A DNA stretch of 64,000 nucleotides. Origin: Vicugna vicugna (taxonomy: Eukaryota). Both the position numbers and the translations under genes were made by a program. The notes below the pieces were generated by a model that was given only the letters and a program-made list of their open reading frames with translations, was not told where the DNA came from and did no database searches. The DNA is taken from the NCBI GenBank assembly GCA_013265495.1, contig MU058824.1:2879111-2943110 (forward strand), in the 5' to 3' direction. This document shows positions 1 through 11,579 of the stretch, piece by piece (position 1 is the stretch's first letter; each line of letters begins with the position of its first letter).

Positions 1-415
1 GGGAAAGGAGAAACAAAATGTGGCATATTCATTCACAGCAATATTATTTGGCCGTAATAAAGAATGAAGTACTGATACATGCTAGAGCATGCATGAACTT
101 GAAAACATGTTAAGTGGAAGAAGCCAGTCATGAAGGCCACATAGTATATGATTCTATTTCTATGAAATATCCAGAATAGGCAAATTCATGGGGACAAAAA
201 AGTAGATGAGTGGTTGCTAGAAGCTAAGGGGAGTGGGAAATGAGGAGTCATGTGAATGAGCATGAAGTTTCTTTTCAGGGTGATGAAAATGTGCTGGAAA
301 TAGAGAAAGGGGATGGCTGCACAACCTTGTGAACATAAACAATAAAAACAACTGACTTGTATACTTTTAAAAGGTGAATTTTATGGTGTATCAGTTATAT
401 CTCAACTTTTTAAAA
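1..415 (+). mobile_element. Old L1 (L1MB-like) 3' end
   Basis: Typical L1M 3'UTR text (gaatgaagtactgatacatgc...gaagccagtca...ggatggctgcacaaccttgtgaa...tacttttaaaaggtgaattttatgg) followed by an A-rich tail. Confidence 0.8.
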
Positions 416-645
416 ATACCCAGTAAACTAAAAACAAACAACAAAAACCAATAGTAGCAAAAAACATAAGCTGTCACTGGCAGAGCCCACTAAATTAAAA
501 AAAAAATGGGGTAATAAAATGAAGTCTAACCTTTTTTTCTTGTCCTTTGTGCTTAATCCAGTTCCACTTGCTCACAGATGGCCGTGTGCAGAGGCCTCAC
601 ACCTGGGACTTCAGACCAGCGTTCCTAGTGCTGACCCGCTGCACC

Positions 646-950
646 CACCCCTCAGCTCCGGGGGGCGCCCCAGCGACACCTCAGCTTGGGGGGCGCCCCC
701 AGAGACACCTCAGCTCTGGGGGCGCCCCAGCGACACCTCAGCTCGGGGAACAAGCCAGTGACACCTCAGCTCCCAGGACTGCGCGGGAGACACCTCAGCT
801 CCGGGGACCCCCAGAGACACCACAGCTCGGGGAACAAGCCAGTGACACCTCAGCTCCCAGGACTGCGCGAGAGACACCTCAGCTCGGGGGGTGCCCCAGC
901 TACACCTCAGCTTCGGGGGTACCCCAGGGACACCTCAGCTCCGGGGCGGG
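646..950 (+). repeat. GC-rich minisatellite, 11 units of 27-29 bp with core GACACCTCAGCT
   Basis: Core starts at 646, 675, 704, 732, 760, 789, 816, 844, 873, 901, 929; includes an 84-bp higher-order duplication. Confidence 0.93.
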
Positions 951-961
951 AGCAGAAGCGT

Positions 962-1286
962 TGTGCACGATTCAAGATTCAAGATGGCGGCGGCGCCCTG
1001 CGCAGCGACCTGAAGCCAGAGCAGCACAGCCGTGCGAGCGGGGGTGGGGGCTGGGGGGGAACTCTGCCCCCTCCCCGCTGACCGAAGAGAACCCGATAAA
1101 GCAACACCAGGGAAGGCCTCTCAGGGACAGCGTGTGCTCTAGAAAGCAAGCTCGCACCTCTCCGTTCTTTGATCGAAGAGTAAAACTTTTCCTTTGCTTC
1201 TGAACTGAACCCAGACTCATTCTATTGGCTCCAACAACCAGGCAGGAGGACCCCTGTAGGGGCACGACTAGAAAGGGTCGATAACA
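962..1286 (+). mobile_element. LTR-like element (probable young ERV solo LTR; may extend upstream to include the minisatellite)
   Basis: CpG-rich. YY1 motif CAAGATGGCGGC at 980-991, AGTAAA polyA-signal variant followed by a pyrimidine tract (~1179-1200), terminus ...GATAACA at 1286. No TSD identified, so the 5' edge is uncertain. Confidence 0.5.
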
Positions 1287-1294
1287 AAACTACC

Positions 1295-1680
1295 TCTGTT
1301 TCTCTCCTGCTTAAAACTCTTCGATAATTCCCAGCTGCCCTCAGGTTGCATCAGACCCCACAGGATCCCCAGCTCACGTTAGTCTTTCTGCTGTGCCTGG
1401 CCCTGCACTGAAGCCATCGGGGGCTCAGGGGCTCATGCCCTCTGCCTGGAGCACCCTTCCCTGCAGGGCTGCTCCCTTTCAGTCCTCAGGTCTCAGCTCA
1501 CAGTACCCTCCTCCGTTCATCCACTCCACAGCACTCAGCCCACACCCCCCTGTATGATTTACTGCCTTGTCTGTGACCTGCCCACCCTAGAAGTAAACTC
1601 CGTGAGGACAGGGACCTTGCCTGCCTTGTTCACCATAGCACAGGATGGGCACTCACTGTACGCTTTTTGTAATGATTAAG
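1295..1680 (+). mobile_element. L2 3' fragment
   Basis: L2-type motifs ctcctgcttaaaac, gcctggagcacccttccc, taaactccgtgaggacagggacc. Confidence 0.6.
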
Positions 1681-2929
1681 TGACATCCTTTCAAAGCTTG
1701 CTGTCATTTGGAATTAAGTATTTTTAAGTGGCCTTCTATACCTTGCAATATGTCTCTTTCCGAGAAAGACATTTAATTTTATTGGTCCCGGATTAGGATT
1801 TTTTGAATCACATGAAAGATACAGGATGATGGTGAGGGTTGGGGGTATTATACTTGTCTGACATGGGGAAATTCCACCTCCCTATTGGAATGTCTCAGGC
1901 CAAAAGGAAATAACTGCTGTCCTATTGGCCATAGTAGCAGCTTGAGAGGCGCCAGGAGGGACTGCTGCCCTACAGGGCCCTCACCTTCCTGGCACGGACT
2001 GAAGTGAGCCGGCCAGGTGCCCTTCCCTCACTATGTGACAGCCGTGTTAGGTGCCATGCTGGAAGGAAGGGCTCCTCCAGGGTATTAGTCAGGGGATCTT
2101 GCCAGATAGTTTTTTTTTCTTAGCTGGTATCAGCCACTTCCTCAACGCAGGCTTCCACGAAATTTCTCATACAAGTATCTCTACTTCTCAGGCATGGAGA
2201 AGATACCCACTTATATTGTTTCCATCTTGTTTTCACAAATACCAACAATCCTTCCCTCTATACACATCCCTGTGCACACATTTTTGCATTCTTATCTGTT
2301 TATTTTCTCAGGTACAGTCTTAAAAATAAAATTACTGAGTTCAAGAGTATTCATACTCTACAGTTTGATTACCAAGTTGCCCTCCAAAAAGGCTGAACCA
2401 ATTTATGCTCCTCCAGGAGTATATAAATTCCCGTTTTTGAAGGCAATTCCCAAGGATTTTTTTATTCCCCAATTTCACTTCACAATATTTCACTTTTTAC
2501 AGAGATAGAAAGTAGACTCCCCCTCTCACTGGTGAAATTTGGTGGTGGGGGCATGTGTCCGGTAGGAGAGCAGAATGGGCCAGGCTGAGAAGGGTTCTGC
2601 CTCCTGCGCACACCCTAGGGCAGTGTCTCAAGTGGCCACCCTCCCTCTGGGTGGATGTATCCTGATTCCTGGGCCCAAGACAGCAGAGGAGGAGTTACAA
2701 TGCCATGAGGCAGCCTTTGTGTGATTCTCTAAAACATTCCAAAGCGTTGCCTGGGGAGGGGCTGTGCCAGGACTTTCCTCAAACTGTTCTCTTGGTGTCA
2801 TTCCCCACCTCCCCCGGCCCCCTGCTCTGCTGGCTAAAGTCAGGCTCATCCCTAGTCCTTGGATTAAGGCAAACTTAAGCAACAAGGGAGCATTGCTCTC
2901 CCCCCAGCAAAATAGTGAAGGTTTAAATC

Positions 2930-3500
2930 AGACGATAGTGTTGGCAAGTGTGCAGTGAGATAGAACTCCTGTGTTACTGGTGGGAGTGTGAGGGTCAGCA
3001 GGAATCCAAAGCCAGAGCAATATTCACACCCTTTTTCCCTAGGAATTCTACTCCTTGGACTTTGCCCTAAGGGAATATCCAGGTGCTGTCTTCGATTTTA
3101 TGTGAAAGAATGCTCACACTAGCGTTATTCATAGTAGCGACAAATTTGGAAACTACCAAAATATCTGACGATAGTGAAGTGGTTACGCAATTCCAAAGGA
3201 TCGAATACTAAACAGACTTTCATATTATGTTTTTGAAGAATATTTAACGAAATGGGAAAAGACTCTTGACATATGAAATGAAAAAAAAAAGAGAGACAGA
3301 GTACTGCCAAATTATATCTACACAATGATTTCAGTGTTGTTAAACGTAGGTAAGAGGCCTGGAAGGTTACTCACTAAGATGTTTACAGTGGTTTCTCCAG
3401 ATTAAGTGTGGTTATAATTATCTTCTTCAGTCATTTATGCATTTCCCAAATTTTCTTTTAGGAGTATATATTATTTTTAAGTTGGAAAAGATATATTAAA
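2930..3500 (+). mobile_element. Degraded L1ME-like fragment
   Basis: gttggcaag...actggtgggagtgtga...attctactccttgga...gcgttattcatagtagcga resembles the L1 ORF2-end/3'UTR consensus. Confidence 0.55.
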
Positions 3501-4779
3501 AATTAAATGTCCTATCATTGTCCAAGGTTCAGCTGAAATTATACTTTTTTCCTGGAAACCCTCCCAATGGGTGCCACAAGTGTTTCAAAGATGCAGCCAT
3601 TAATGTGACAAGTTCCTGCACCTGTCAGCTCTGTTCATTGTACCTTAGCCCTTGTACTTCTTTTGTGGCACTCACCTTGGTCTCTCTCGCTTTACTGTTT
3701 CTTAATAAAGTGCTCACCTGCTGCCCTCTCCCCAGCCTGTCCTCCAGGTGGCAACTAGGGGGCAGGGAAAAAGTCTCTGTTTTTGTCCTGTTTTCCTAGG
3801 GCTAAGGACATTGAATGTTTATTGGATTTGTTGAATATGATCAGTCAGATTGTCCAGAAAACAAAAAATTATAATTGTATTCAGATGACCTAGGTCAGTG
3901 GAACTCATATTCCAAGACTGAATGAAGACCTCTCTTTCTGACCATGGCTTATAAGATAGGGCTTGGCCAGCCCCTGGGCATCCACACCTATGGTCCCCAC
4001 TGTGCTCACCGTCCTTGGTAGCTCTTGCTGTCTCCCTCGGTCTCTGGGCCATGGCATGCTCCTTCCAGGGTCCTAACACCTGTTTCTTTGGCACAATCCT
4101 TTTGTCCCCTTCCAGCTGGCCATCTCCTTGTTATCTGTCAAGTTCAACTCCACGGTAGTGTGGTTTGGTCCCCCAATAGCTCTTTTCCTTCTTATTCTTT
4201 CACACAATTTTCATTCGGTATTTGTGTGGACATTTGCTTTATGCTTGTCTCTCCTGCTTCACCAGAATCCCCCAAAACCCACGTCTGTCTTGATTACAGC
4301 TGGTCCCAGCCTCTGGTGCAGAGCTTGGCACAATCAGGGACTGAATGAACAAAAGGAGACAGATGACATGGAAAGGATCTGGCACTTAGTAGGCATATTT
4401 TTCCACTTCCCTCTTTCCCCAGATCCCAGAGCTGATCCAACTCCCCACGTTCAAGCTGATGATGTGGCATCCAAGCTTCAGAGCTAGCCAAGGCACAGAG
4501 AGGTGAAAAGGTACACAGGGCACACAGCCTGTTTGCAGTTGGGTGGGGTCCAGAGCCCACGCTCCCGATTCCTGGCATAGTGCCCTTTGTAGCATGTGGG
4601 GTTGGATGCTACCACAGGCTGGGCTCTTTTTTCCCACTACCCAAATCCCTTCCAGGGAATGAGTCTTGATATGATAGCATGGAGTAAATAGGTTTTCCAT
4701 GCTACCATTTTTCACCAGGGCAGGGAATCTGGCGCTTTGGGCTTTTTGCATCTAGCTCAGAGCAACAACAGTGATCCCT

Positions 4780-5010
4780 TGCATCTTTACATTGTGCTGT
4801 CCTTTCCAAAGCACGTTCACCCTTGTTCTCTTGTTTTAGCCTCACAGAAGTCCTGTGAGGATGGACAAGCAGCTGATGAACCCATATAGCACATGAGAAA
4901 CCAGAAGCCCAGAGAGGCGTGTCAGCTTGCCCAAAGCCATAAAACCGGTTAGTGGAAGAGCCAAACCTGGAAGCCAGGATTCCTGATTCTTAGTTCAGGA
5001 CTCTTTCAGT
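4780..5010 (-). mobile_element. MIR SINE
   Basis: Reverse MIR core (atgagaaaccagaagcccagagagg...cttgcccaaag...ttagtggaagagcc). Confidence 0.6.
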
Positions 5011-5789
5011 ATTTCCAACATCCAACCGTGACACTGAAATCTTTGTTTTTTATGGCGCTTTTTAGTCAATGGCATCTTAACATCATTAGCAATTTGATAA
5101 ATCACTGAGGGAGGAGATGATGGAGTGATTGGTGTGGACCCCCCCATCACTTGGGCTGTCATCAGGCCCCAGTTTCCATCACCCCAATCATGTGGTCTGG
5201 ATCTTAAGGCTTAAAGTTCCTTTCCTGGCCCCTCTGCTGCGATCCTGACTCTAATTAAGAGCAAAAGAGATCCTGTATTCTTCCTTCATGCACAGCCCCT
5301 GCAAAGCAGGCAGGACAGGGCTGAGGGAGCTCAGGGAGTGTTTTTGATGGAATGAGGACCAGGGATTATGTATACTAGAGAGGAAAGTGCAAGCATATTT
5401 TGATTGACAAGAATTTGGGCTGTGAAAAAGAGGGAGAAGAGAAAGGGGAGTGGGAAGGGCAGAACTCAGAACTCTAAAATAATCTGACACAAAGATCATC
5501 GAGAACAAGGTATGATACTGGGGAAAGCCCAGCTTGGATGTTAAGTTCTGACTTCCAGTTAGATTTCATACTGTAACATTAGGTAAGTCACTAATACCTC
5601 TCTGGGCTTTCATTTTCTCATTTGGAATATTGCATGGGAGGAGGGGAGGGGTCAAGGTGTCTAGCTTCCAGTCTTCCCAATTTGTTCTGACCCCCAAACT
5701 GTTGCTGTGATGATTCCCCCAAATACCTTACATGAATAATCACTTAGTAAAATATCCAAAGATAGTCAATCTTCATTCTCTGGGACACT

Positions 5790-6040
5790 TTAGAACACAA
5801 TGCTTTAAGAGCTTGGAAGTTAGACTCCCTGGGTTCAAACCCAAGTTTGCCACTTATTAGCTGTGTGACCTTGGATAAGTTACTAAACCCCTCTGTGTTT
5901 CAGTTTCCTCCTATGTAAAATAAGAATAACATGTATACCATTGTATAGGGGTGTTATGTGGATCAAAGGAGTTAATACAAGAAAAGCACCTAGAATAGGG
6001 CCTGAGAGATGGTAGACATTCATTAGGTGTGACTCTTAAC
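5790..6040 (+). mobile_element. MIR SINE
   Basis: ctgggttcaaaccc...ccacttattagctgtgtgaccttggataagttactaaac...cagtttcctc..tgtaaaat core. Confidence 0.85.
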
Positions 6041-7190
6041 ATTACCCAGTGAAATCTGACACTCTCCATTGCACTTGAATGAAATTTACTGATAACTGAA
6101 GCTTTCCTTTGGCCAAATTGTTAAAAACTATAATTACTTTGGATAAAAGTTAAGAACTATCATTTCAAATGTAAATCTTTCCAAAATACACTGTAAAATG
6201 TCTTACTTTCTTTAACAATATTTATTAATTATAATTCACTTCCTTTCCTGTCTCAGGCTCAACAAGAATAGATCATTATAAACTAGATCATTTCTAAAAA
6301 ACTTCCTAGCCTAAGTTCTGAGATCTCATAGGGAGAATAGGCAATGAAATCTCACCTCCATCCTGGAGTGGCTTGTGACACACCCCTGTCACAGCCGAGT
6401 CCCCGGGGAGCCCAGTGTCCATACCCATTCCTTCCACCTGCTGTGCTGTCTGACTCTCTAGGGTCTTCGTGGGCCCAGCTTCAGGTTCAACAGCAAAGTT
6501 ATCCTCCCAGCCTCCTGTGCTCTCTCAACATGTCAAAACTCAAGCCCATCTGGCAAGAAATTTGGCTCTAGTGGTGCCAAGGATGGTAGTCTGCCCACTG
6601 CCCCACTGTGTGCCAGGGTTGGCCCGCAGGCTGGCACTTGCTTCCCTTCTACCCAGGGCTTGCGTCAGACCAGGCAGGGACCAAAGGGCCTCCTGGCTTC
6701 CCACGTCGCCCAGGAGAAGATTTCAGGCAAGGCCACGCCAGCACATCAGGATGCCCCTCTCAGCTCCCTCAAGGAGAGGCCCTCAGTGCTGAATGGCAGC
6801 CAGTGATGGTGTGGTTCCTTGTCACTGGCAGAAAACCTCTTAACATCCCAAATTGGGGAGCTTCAGATTTTTCCCCAAATAGGGGAAACTCCGCCTCTTG
6901 GAATCTTACCTGAGGCAAGGTTAGACTTAAACTCTTAAAACTTGATGGAGGAAATCTCTCTAATGGTCCACAGGAAGTAGAGGGGACGTCTCTGCTCCGG
7001 CTTTATGGTCAGGCAGACAAGCTGGATCCAAATGTGTGGTGAAGTTACCTAAACTCTCTTGCAAGACTGGTGTTTTTTGGTTTTGTTTTTCAATGCTTAG
7101 GATGGTGTCTGGCATATAGCTTAATAAATATTAGTTATATATAAAAATCAGAGTCTTCTACTTCCTGGAGACTTCCTCATCCTACATGGC

Positions 7191-7203
7191 CAACACACAT
7201 ACA

Positions 7204-7236
<33 letters not shown>

Positions 7237-7250
7237 GTGCATGCACACAT
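7191..7250. repeat. (CA)n microsatellite, interrupted
   Basis: Direct observation. Confidence 0.9.
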
Positions 7251-9283
7251 GCCTTTCCCAACTAGGGCCTGGAAGCTTAGATTAAAGAGGAATCAGAAAG
7301 TAGATAAGGGAAAAATCCACTCCCCACCATAGCCTCCTTTCCAAGTATGACTCTTTCCCACCCCCAGCACACTGCTGAGAAGTCCCGAAAGCCCACTCCC
7401 TCCTCCACCCCAGATCACAGCAATTATATTGAACAGTTCTTGAGTACTTCCTCTGTGCCAGGTGCTGAGCTAAACACCACTCATGCATCATTCCACCAGC
7501 CTGGGAGCCAGGTCAGATATTCTCAGGGGTCCTAGCCAGGCCCGGCTAGAAAGACGAAAACTTCTGGTCCTCCCGCAGTCCCAAAGTCCAATTCCTTAAG
7601 ATGACACCAGCCCAGAAGATCCCCAAGCATCATTTCCTGAGGTCAGAAATTCCCAAGAGAGTGCCTCCCCTTCCATGCTCTCCCACAGTCCACCTTTTTT
7701 TAATCTTCAGATTATCATTTAGATTTTTTCCTGAACTGATATAGCAGGGTTCTTTTAGAAAGAAAGAAAGAAAAAATTTACATGACATGTACAAAGTCAT
7801 TCTTTTGTTGCCTTTTTTACTAGTTGATCAACTTTGCTTTTTGGATGAGTTTTACTAATTTTGACAAATTGGAACTTCAATAATAGCTTTCTAGTCCTTT
7901 CATAAATAGAGAGACCCTCAACTCTGAAACTCGAAAGGGAAGGAAATTATCCATTTAAATAGACCAGTTGTTTTGCCCATCAGCTCTCTTTCCCCTTCCT
8001 TTCTCACTCTGTCTGCGTGTTAACATAATTTCATAAGACATCTCCAAGCAGCGTTTCCACTGTAATTAATTGCCTTTCACTCAAAGTGACACATTTAAGA
8101 AGCGAAATAGCACAAAGAAAGATATATTTAAGAAATTGAGAGCTCATTTAACTTTGTTACTGATGGCTGTGAAAATGTGGTGCTCTTCTTTAGGGAAAGA
8201 GGGGCTCCCGGGGATTAAAGGAGTTTGCCTTACTTAGGGGAGAAAAGAAAACTACAAGAAACAGAGGCAAGTGTTATCAGTGGTTGCCTCCCGGGGATGG
8301 AGTAATGGGTAAATACTTCCTTGCTTCTAATGCTTTTCTGAGCTTTCTAATTTTAAAAAAATAAGCATGACTTGTTTTTATAACAAAAAGAAGGGAAAAA
8401 ACGCACTCAGAGTGAGGGCGGCTGAGATGAAGGTGTATATCTAACAAACCATTTCCCATCTCTCACTTCCTGTCTTTTCCCAGAGGAAACACCAGGGCAG
8501 AGGAGGGAGGAGGCTATGATCTTAAGAAGGCCTATCCCCAGTGGGCAGATGGAAACTCAGAGGTTGCACAACTTGCCCGGGGTCACAGAGTCATTGGCAA
8601 AATCAGGATAGCTTTCTGTCTGTAGGTTACCAGGTTGTCTGCCCAGAGCTTGATGCTGTGTTTTACCCACTGCTCAATGCCAGTACTGAGATCATTAGAG
8701 ATACCCTAAGCCACTCCAGAAACATAGCCTCCTAATGAAGAATAGGTTCCAGGCAATCTCCCACGCATCAGGATGGCTACCATCAAAAAAACAGAAATAG
8801 AACAGAAAATAACAAGTGTTGATGAAGATGCAGAGAAACCGGAGCCCTCATGAACTGTTGGTGGGATTGTAAAACGGTGCAACAGCTACGGAAAACAGAA
8901 GTTCCTCAAAAAATTAAAACTAGAACAACCATATGATCTAGCAATTCAACTTCTCGATATATATCCAAAAGAATGAAAGCAAGGACTTGAAGAAATATTT
9001 CTACACTCATTATTCATTATTATACAAAAAAGCCAAGATATGGAAACAACCTAAATGCCAATCAACAAATAAATGGATAAACAAAATGTAGTATATACAT
9101 ACAATGGAATATTGTTCAGCCTTAAAAAGGAAGGAAATTCTGTCACATGCTACAATATGGCTGAGCCTTGAGGACATTATGCTAAGTGAAATAAGCCAGT
9201 TACAAAAGGACAAATACTATGATTCCACTTATAAGAGATATCTAGAGAGGTAAAATTTATAGACATAGAAATACAATGGTAGT

Positions 9284-9550
9284 AGGGGGCAGAGGGTGGG
9301 AAGGGATAGACTGGGATTTCAAAACTGTAGAATAGATAAACAAGATTACACTGTATAGCACAGGGAAATATACACAAAATGTTATGATAAATCACAGAGA
9401 AAAAAATGTGACAATGAGTGTGTATATGTCCATGTATGACTGAAAAATTGTGCTGAACACTGGAATTTGACACAACATTGTAAAATGATTATAAATCAAT
9501 AAAAAATGTTAAAAAAAATAAATAAAACAGACCAAGACAAAAAAAAAAAA
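9284..9550 (+). mobile_element. Young 5'-truncated L1 3' end (camelid-like)
   Basis: Flanked by a 17-bp TSD agaaatacaatggtagt (9267-9283) / agaaatagaatggtagt (9551-9567); polyA tail present. Confidence 0.85.
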
Positions 9551-9695
9551 AGAAATAGAATGGTAGTTACCAGGGGCTGCAGATGAGGGGGTTGGCGGAG
9601 AAAAAGGGAGTTGTTGTTTAATGAGCATAGAGATTCAGTTTTACAAGATGAAAAAGTTCTGAAGATCTGTTTCACAACAATATGAATATACTTTT

Positions 9696-9998
9696 TAAAA
9701 ATTTTTTAGCCATTTATTTATTCATTTATTTTACAATATATTTTTTAATTGAAGTATAGTTGATGCATAATATTATATGTTACAGGTATACAATATACTG
9801 ATTCACAAATTTTTAGATGTTATACCCCATTTATAGTTATTATAAAATATTGGCTATATTCCCCATGTTGTACAATACATCCTTGTAGCTTGTTTTATAC
9901 CTGATAGTTTGTATCTCTTAATCCTCCACCTCACTCCTCCCCATTCCCTCTTCCCACTGGTAACCACTAGTTCCTTCTCTACATCTGTGAGTCTGTTG
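9696..9998 (-). mobile_element. 5'-truncated L1 3' end, antisense
   Basis: 13-bp TSD tgaatatactttt (9683-9695 / 9999-10011); T-rich tail, then aattgaagtatagttgat... typical of laurasiatherian L1 3' ends. Confidence 0.8.
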
Positions 9999-10784
9999 TG
10001 AATATACTTTTAACACTACTGAACTGTACACTTAAAAATGGTTGAGATGGCAAAGTTTATGTTACATGTTTTTCACCACAATTAAAAAAAAAAAAAGACT
10101 AAGTTGAAGGCATAGCTGATCACTGGCTCCTGTCTCCATAAACCTGAAAAGGAAGGGTTGTCGCATTACTCTATCAACCTTGGCAGTGCTCCCATCAGAG
10201 TCCACCATCATCCTGCTTGCGTCACCTCTTGTTCCTCTGTGTAACATACATGTCACACCCATGGCAAGAGCCAGAGAGGGGAGCACCAGACAAGGAGGAA
10301 CTGGAGCCCAAGAGCAGAGGACACTGGCGCCAAGCCTGCAGACCCCAGCTGAACCCCCGGGGGCAGGTGGGAGGGAGACAAGATTGGCCTCAGAGCTTTG
10401 CTGTTTGAGCCTCTTAAGAGAGGAGAGGGTGGGTTCCACTCTGGGAAGAGGAGGGCTGTGCAGCAGGAAGCTTGGGAAAGTTACAGTCTCTAAAGGCCCC
10501 TGCAGTAATGTAGAAGGTTCAGGACACGACGACTGATTTCCAAAGCCGAAATAAGAAGAAATCAGCCCCTTCCACTGCTGAGCTCATGTAAGTCACTGAT
10601 TAGCCAAATTTCCTTCCTCAGCTCCTTGACATCTCCCTGACTGTTCCAGCCTCTGCTCTCCAACACCTCCCTTGACCCCTACCTCTTGTGTCCTCATGAT
10701 TTAATACCTGTTTGCTGTGTATACACATGCATTCCTTCATTTTTTCTTCCACTTATTCTTATGTTCATCCATTCATTTAATATA

Positions 10785-11020
10785 TCACAGAGGTTAAGAG
10801 CACAGACTCTGGAGCCATGCTTGCATGGGTTCAAATCCCAGCTTGGCCCCTGTCTAGCTGAGTGACCATAGGCAAGTTACTTAGCTTCTCTGTGCCAACA
10901 TTTCTCCATCTCTAAAACGGAAATGAAAATAGTACCTATTCGATAATTAAAAGACTTACATCCATGTGAAGTGCAGGGATCCATGCCTGGCATATAGTCA
11001 GCACTCAAAGTACATTACGT
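10785..11020 (+). mobile_element. MIR SINE
   Basis: ggttaagagcacagactctggagcc...gggttcaaatcccagc...ggcaagttacttagcttctctgtgcc. Confidence 0.85.
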
Positions 11021-11024
11021 ATGA

Positions 11025-11300
11025 TCATTCATTCACTCATTCATTCATCAAACATTCAAAGTACCTACTACACCTCAGGCACAGGCGAAGTTATACTGTG
11101 AGCCACGAGAAAAAGAATCTAGATACAGTCCTTGCCCTTGAGTTGCTCCCAGTCTAGTGGGGGAAACAGACTTAAAAGCAACTAAATATAAACCAAAATG
11201 GGAAATAAAATGCTATAGGGCAAGGGGACAGAGAGAAAGGAGGAACTGATTTAGCGGGGAAGTCTTCACATAAATGTGGCATTTGAGCTGGACCTGTAAG
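11025..11300 (-). mobile_element. L2 3' end
   Basis: cattcattcactcattcattca tail followed by gtccttgcccttgagttgctcccagtctagtgggg. Confidence 0.7.
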
Positions 11301-11411
11301 ACAGTGTAAGATTCAAGAAGCTGAGACTGGAGGGAGCCTCTTCTTCGTGGAGTCTGAACCAAGAAATATGTAAGTTCTTGGGAAATGAAAAGAAGTGCTG
11401 TGTCCCTGGGG

Positions 11412-11579
11412 TAGGCTTGCCAGAGAAAATACAGGATGTCCACTTAAATTTGAATTTCAGAAAAACATATTAATTTTTAGTACAAGAATGTCCCAAATAT
11501 ATTAAAAAATTATTTGTTACCTGAAATTCAAATATAACTTGGCGCCGTATATTTTTGTTTGCTGAGTCTGGCATCCCTA
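11412..11579 (+). mobile_element. MER3-like hAT-Charlie MITE
   Basis: Inverted termini taggcttgccaga...tctggcatcccta and an internal palindrome (aaatttgaatttcag...ctgaaattcaaat). Confidence 0.8.

Larger units (their letters stand above)
8760..10095 (+). mobile_element. L1MA-like 3' portion interrupted by two younger L1 insertions
   Basis: Consensus-like L1 text (acagaaaataacaagtgttg...aaggaaattctgtcacatgctacaa...aacactactgaactgtacacttaaaaatggtt) ending in polyA at ~10084-10096; the sequence is continuous across both inserts. Confidence 0.85.

Noticed and set aside
646..950. CRISPR-like repeat/spacer array
   Set aside because: Mammalian context, no cas genes, the core is only 12 bp and the spacers are related or duplicated; this is a minisatellite.
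547..1203. 218-aa ORF and overlapping ORFs across the minisatellite
   Set aside because: Open only because the GC-rich repeat lacks stops; non-ATG start; the peptide mirrors the repeat units.
8760..9280. Possible L1 ORF2 coding remnant
   Set aside because: Only the degraded ORF2 end and 3'UTR, with stops and frameshifts; not a functional gene.
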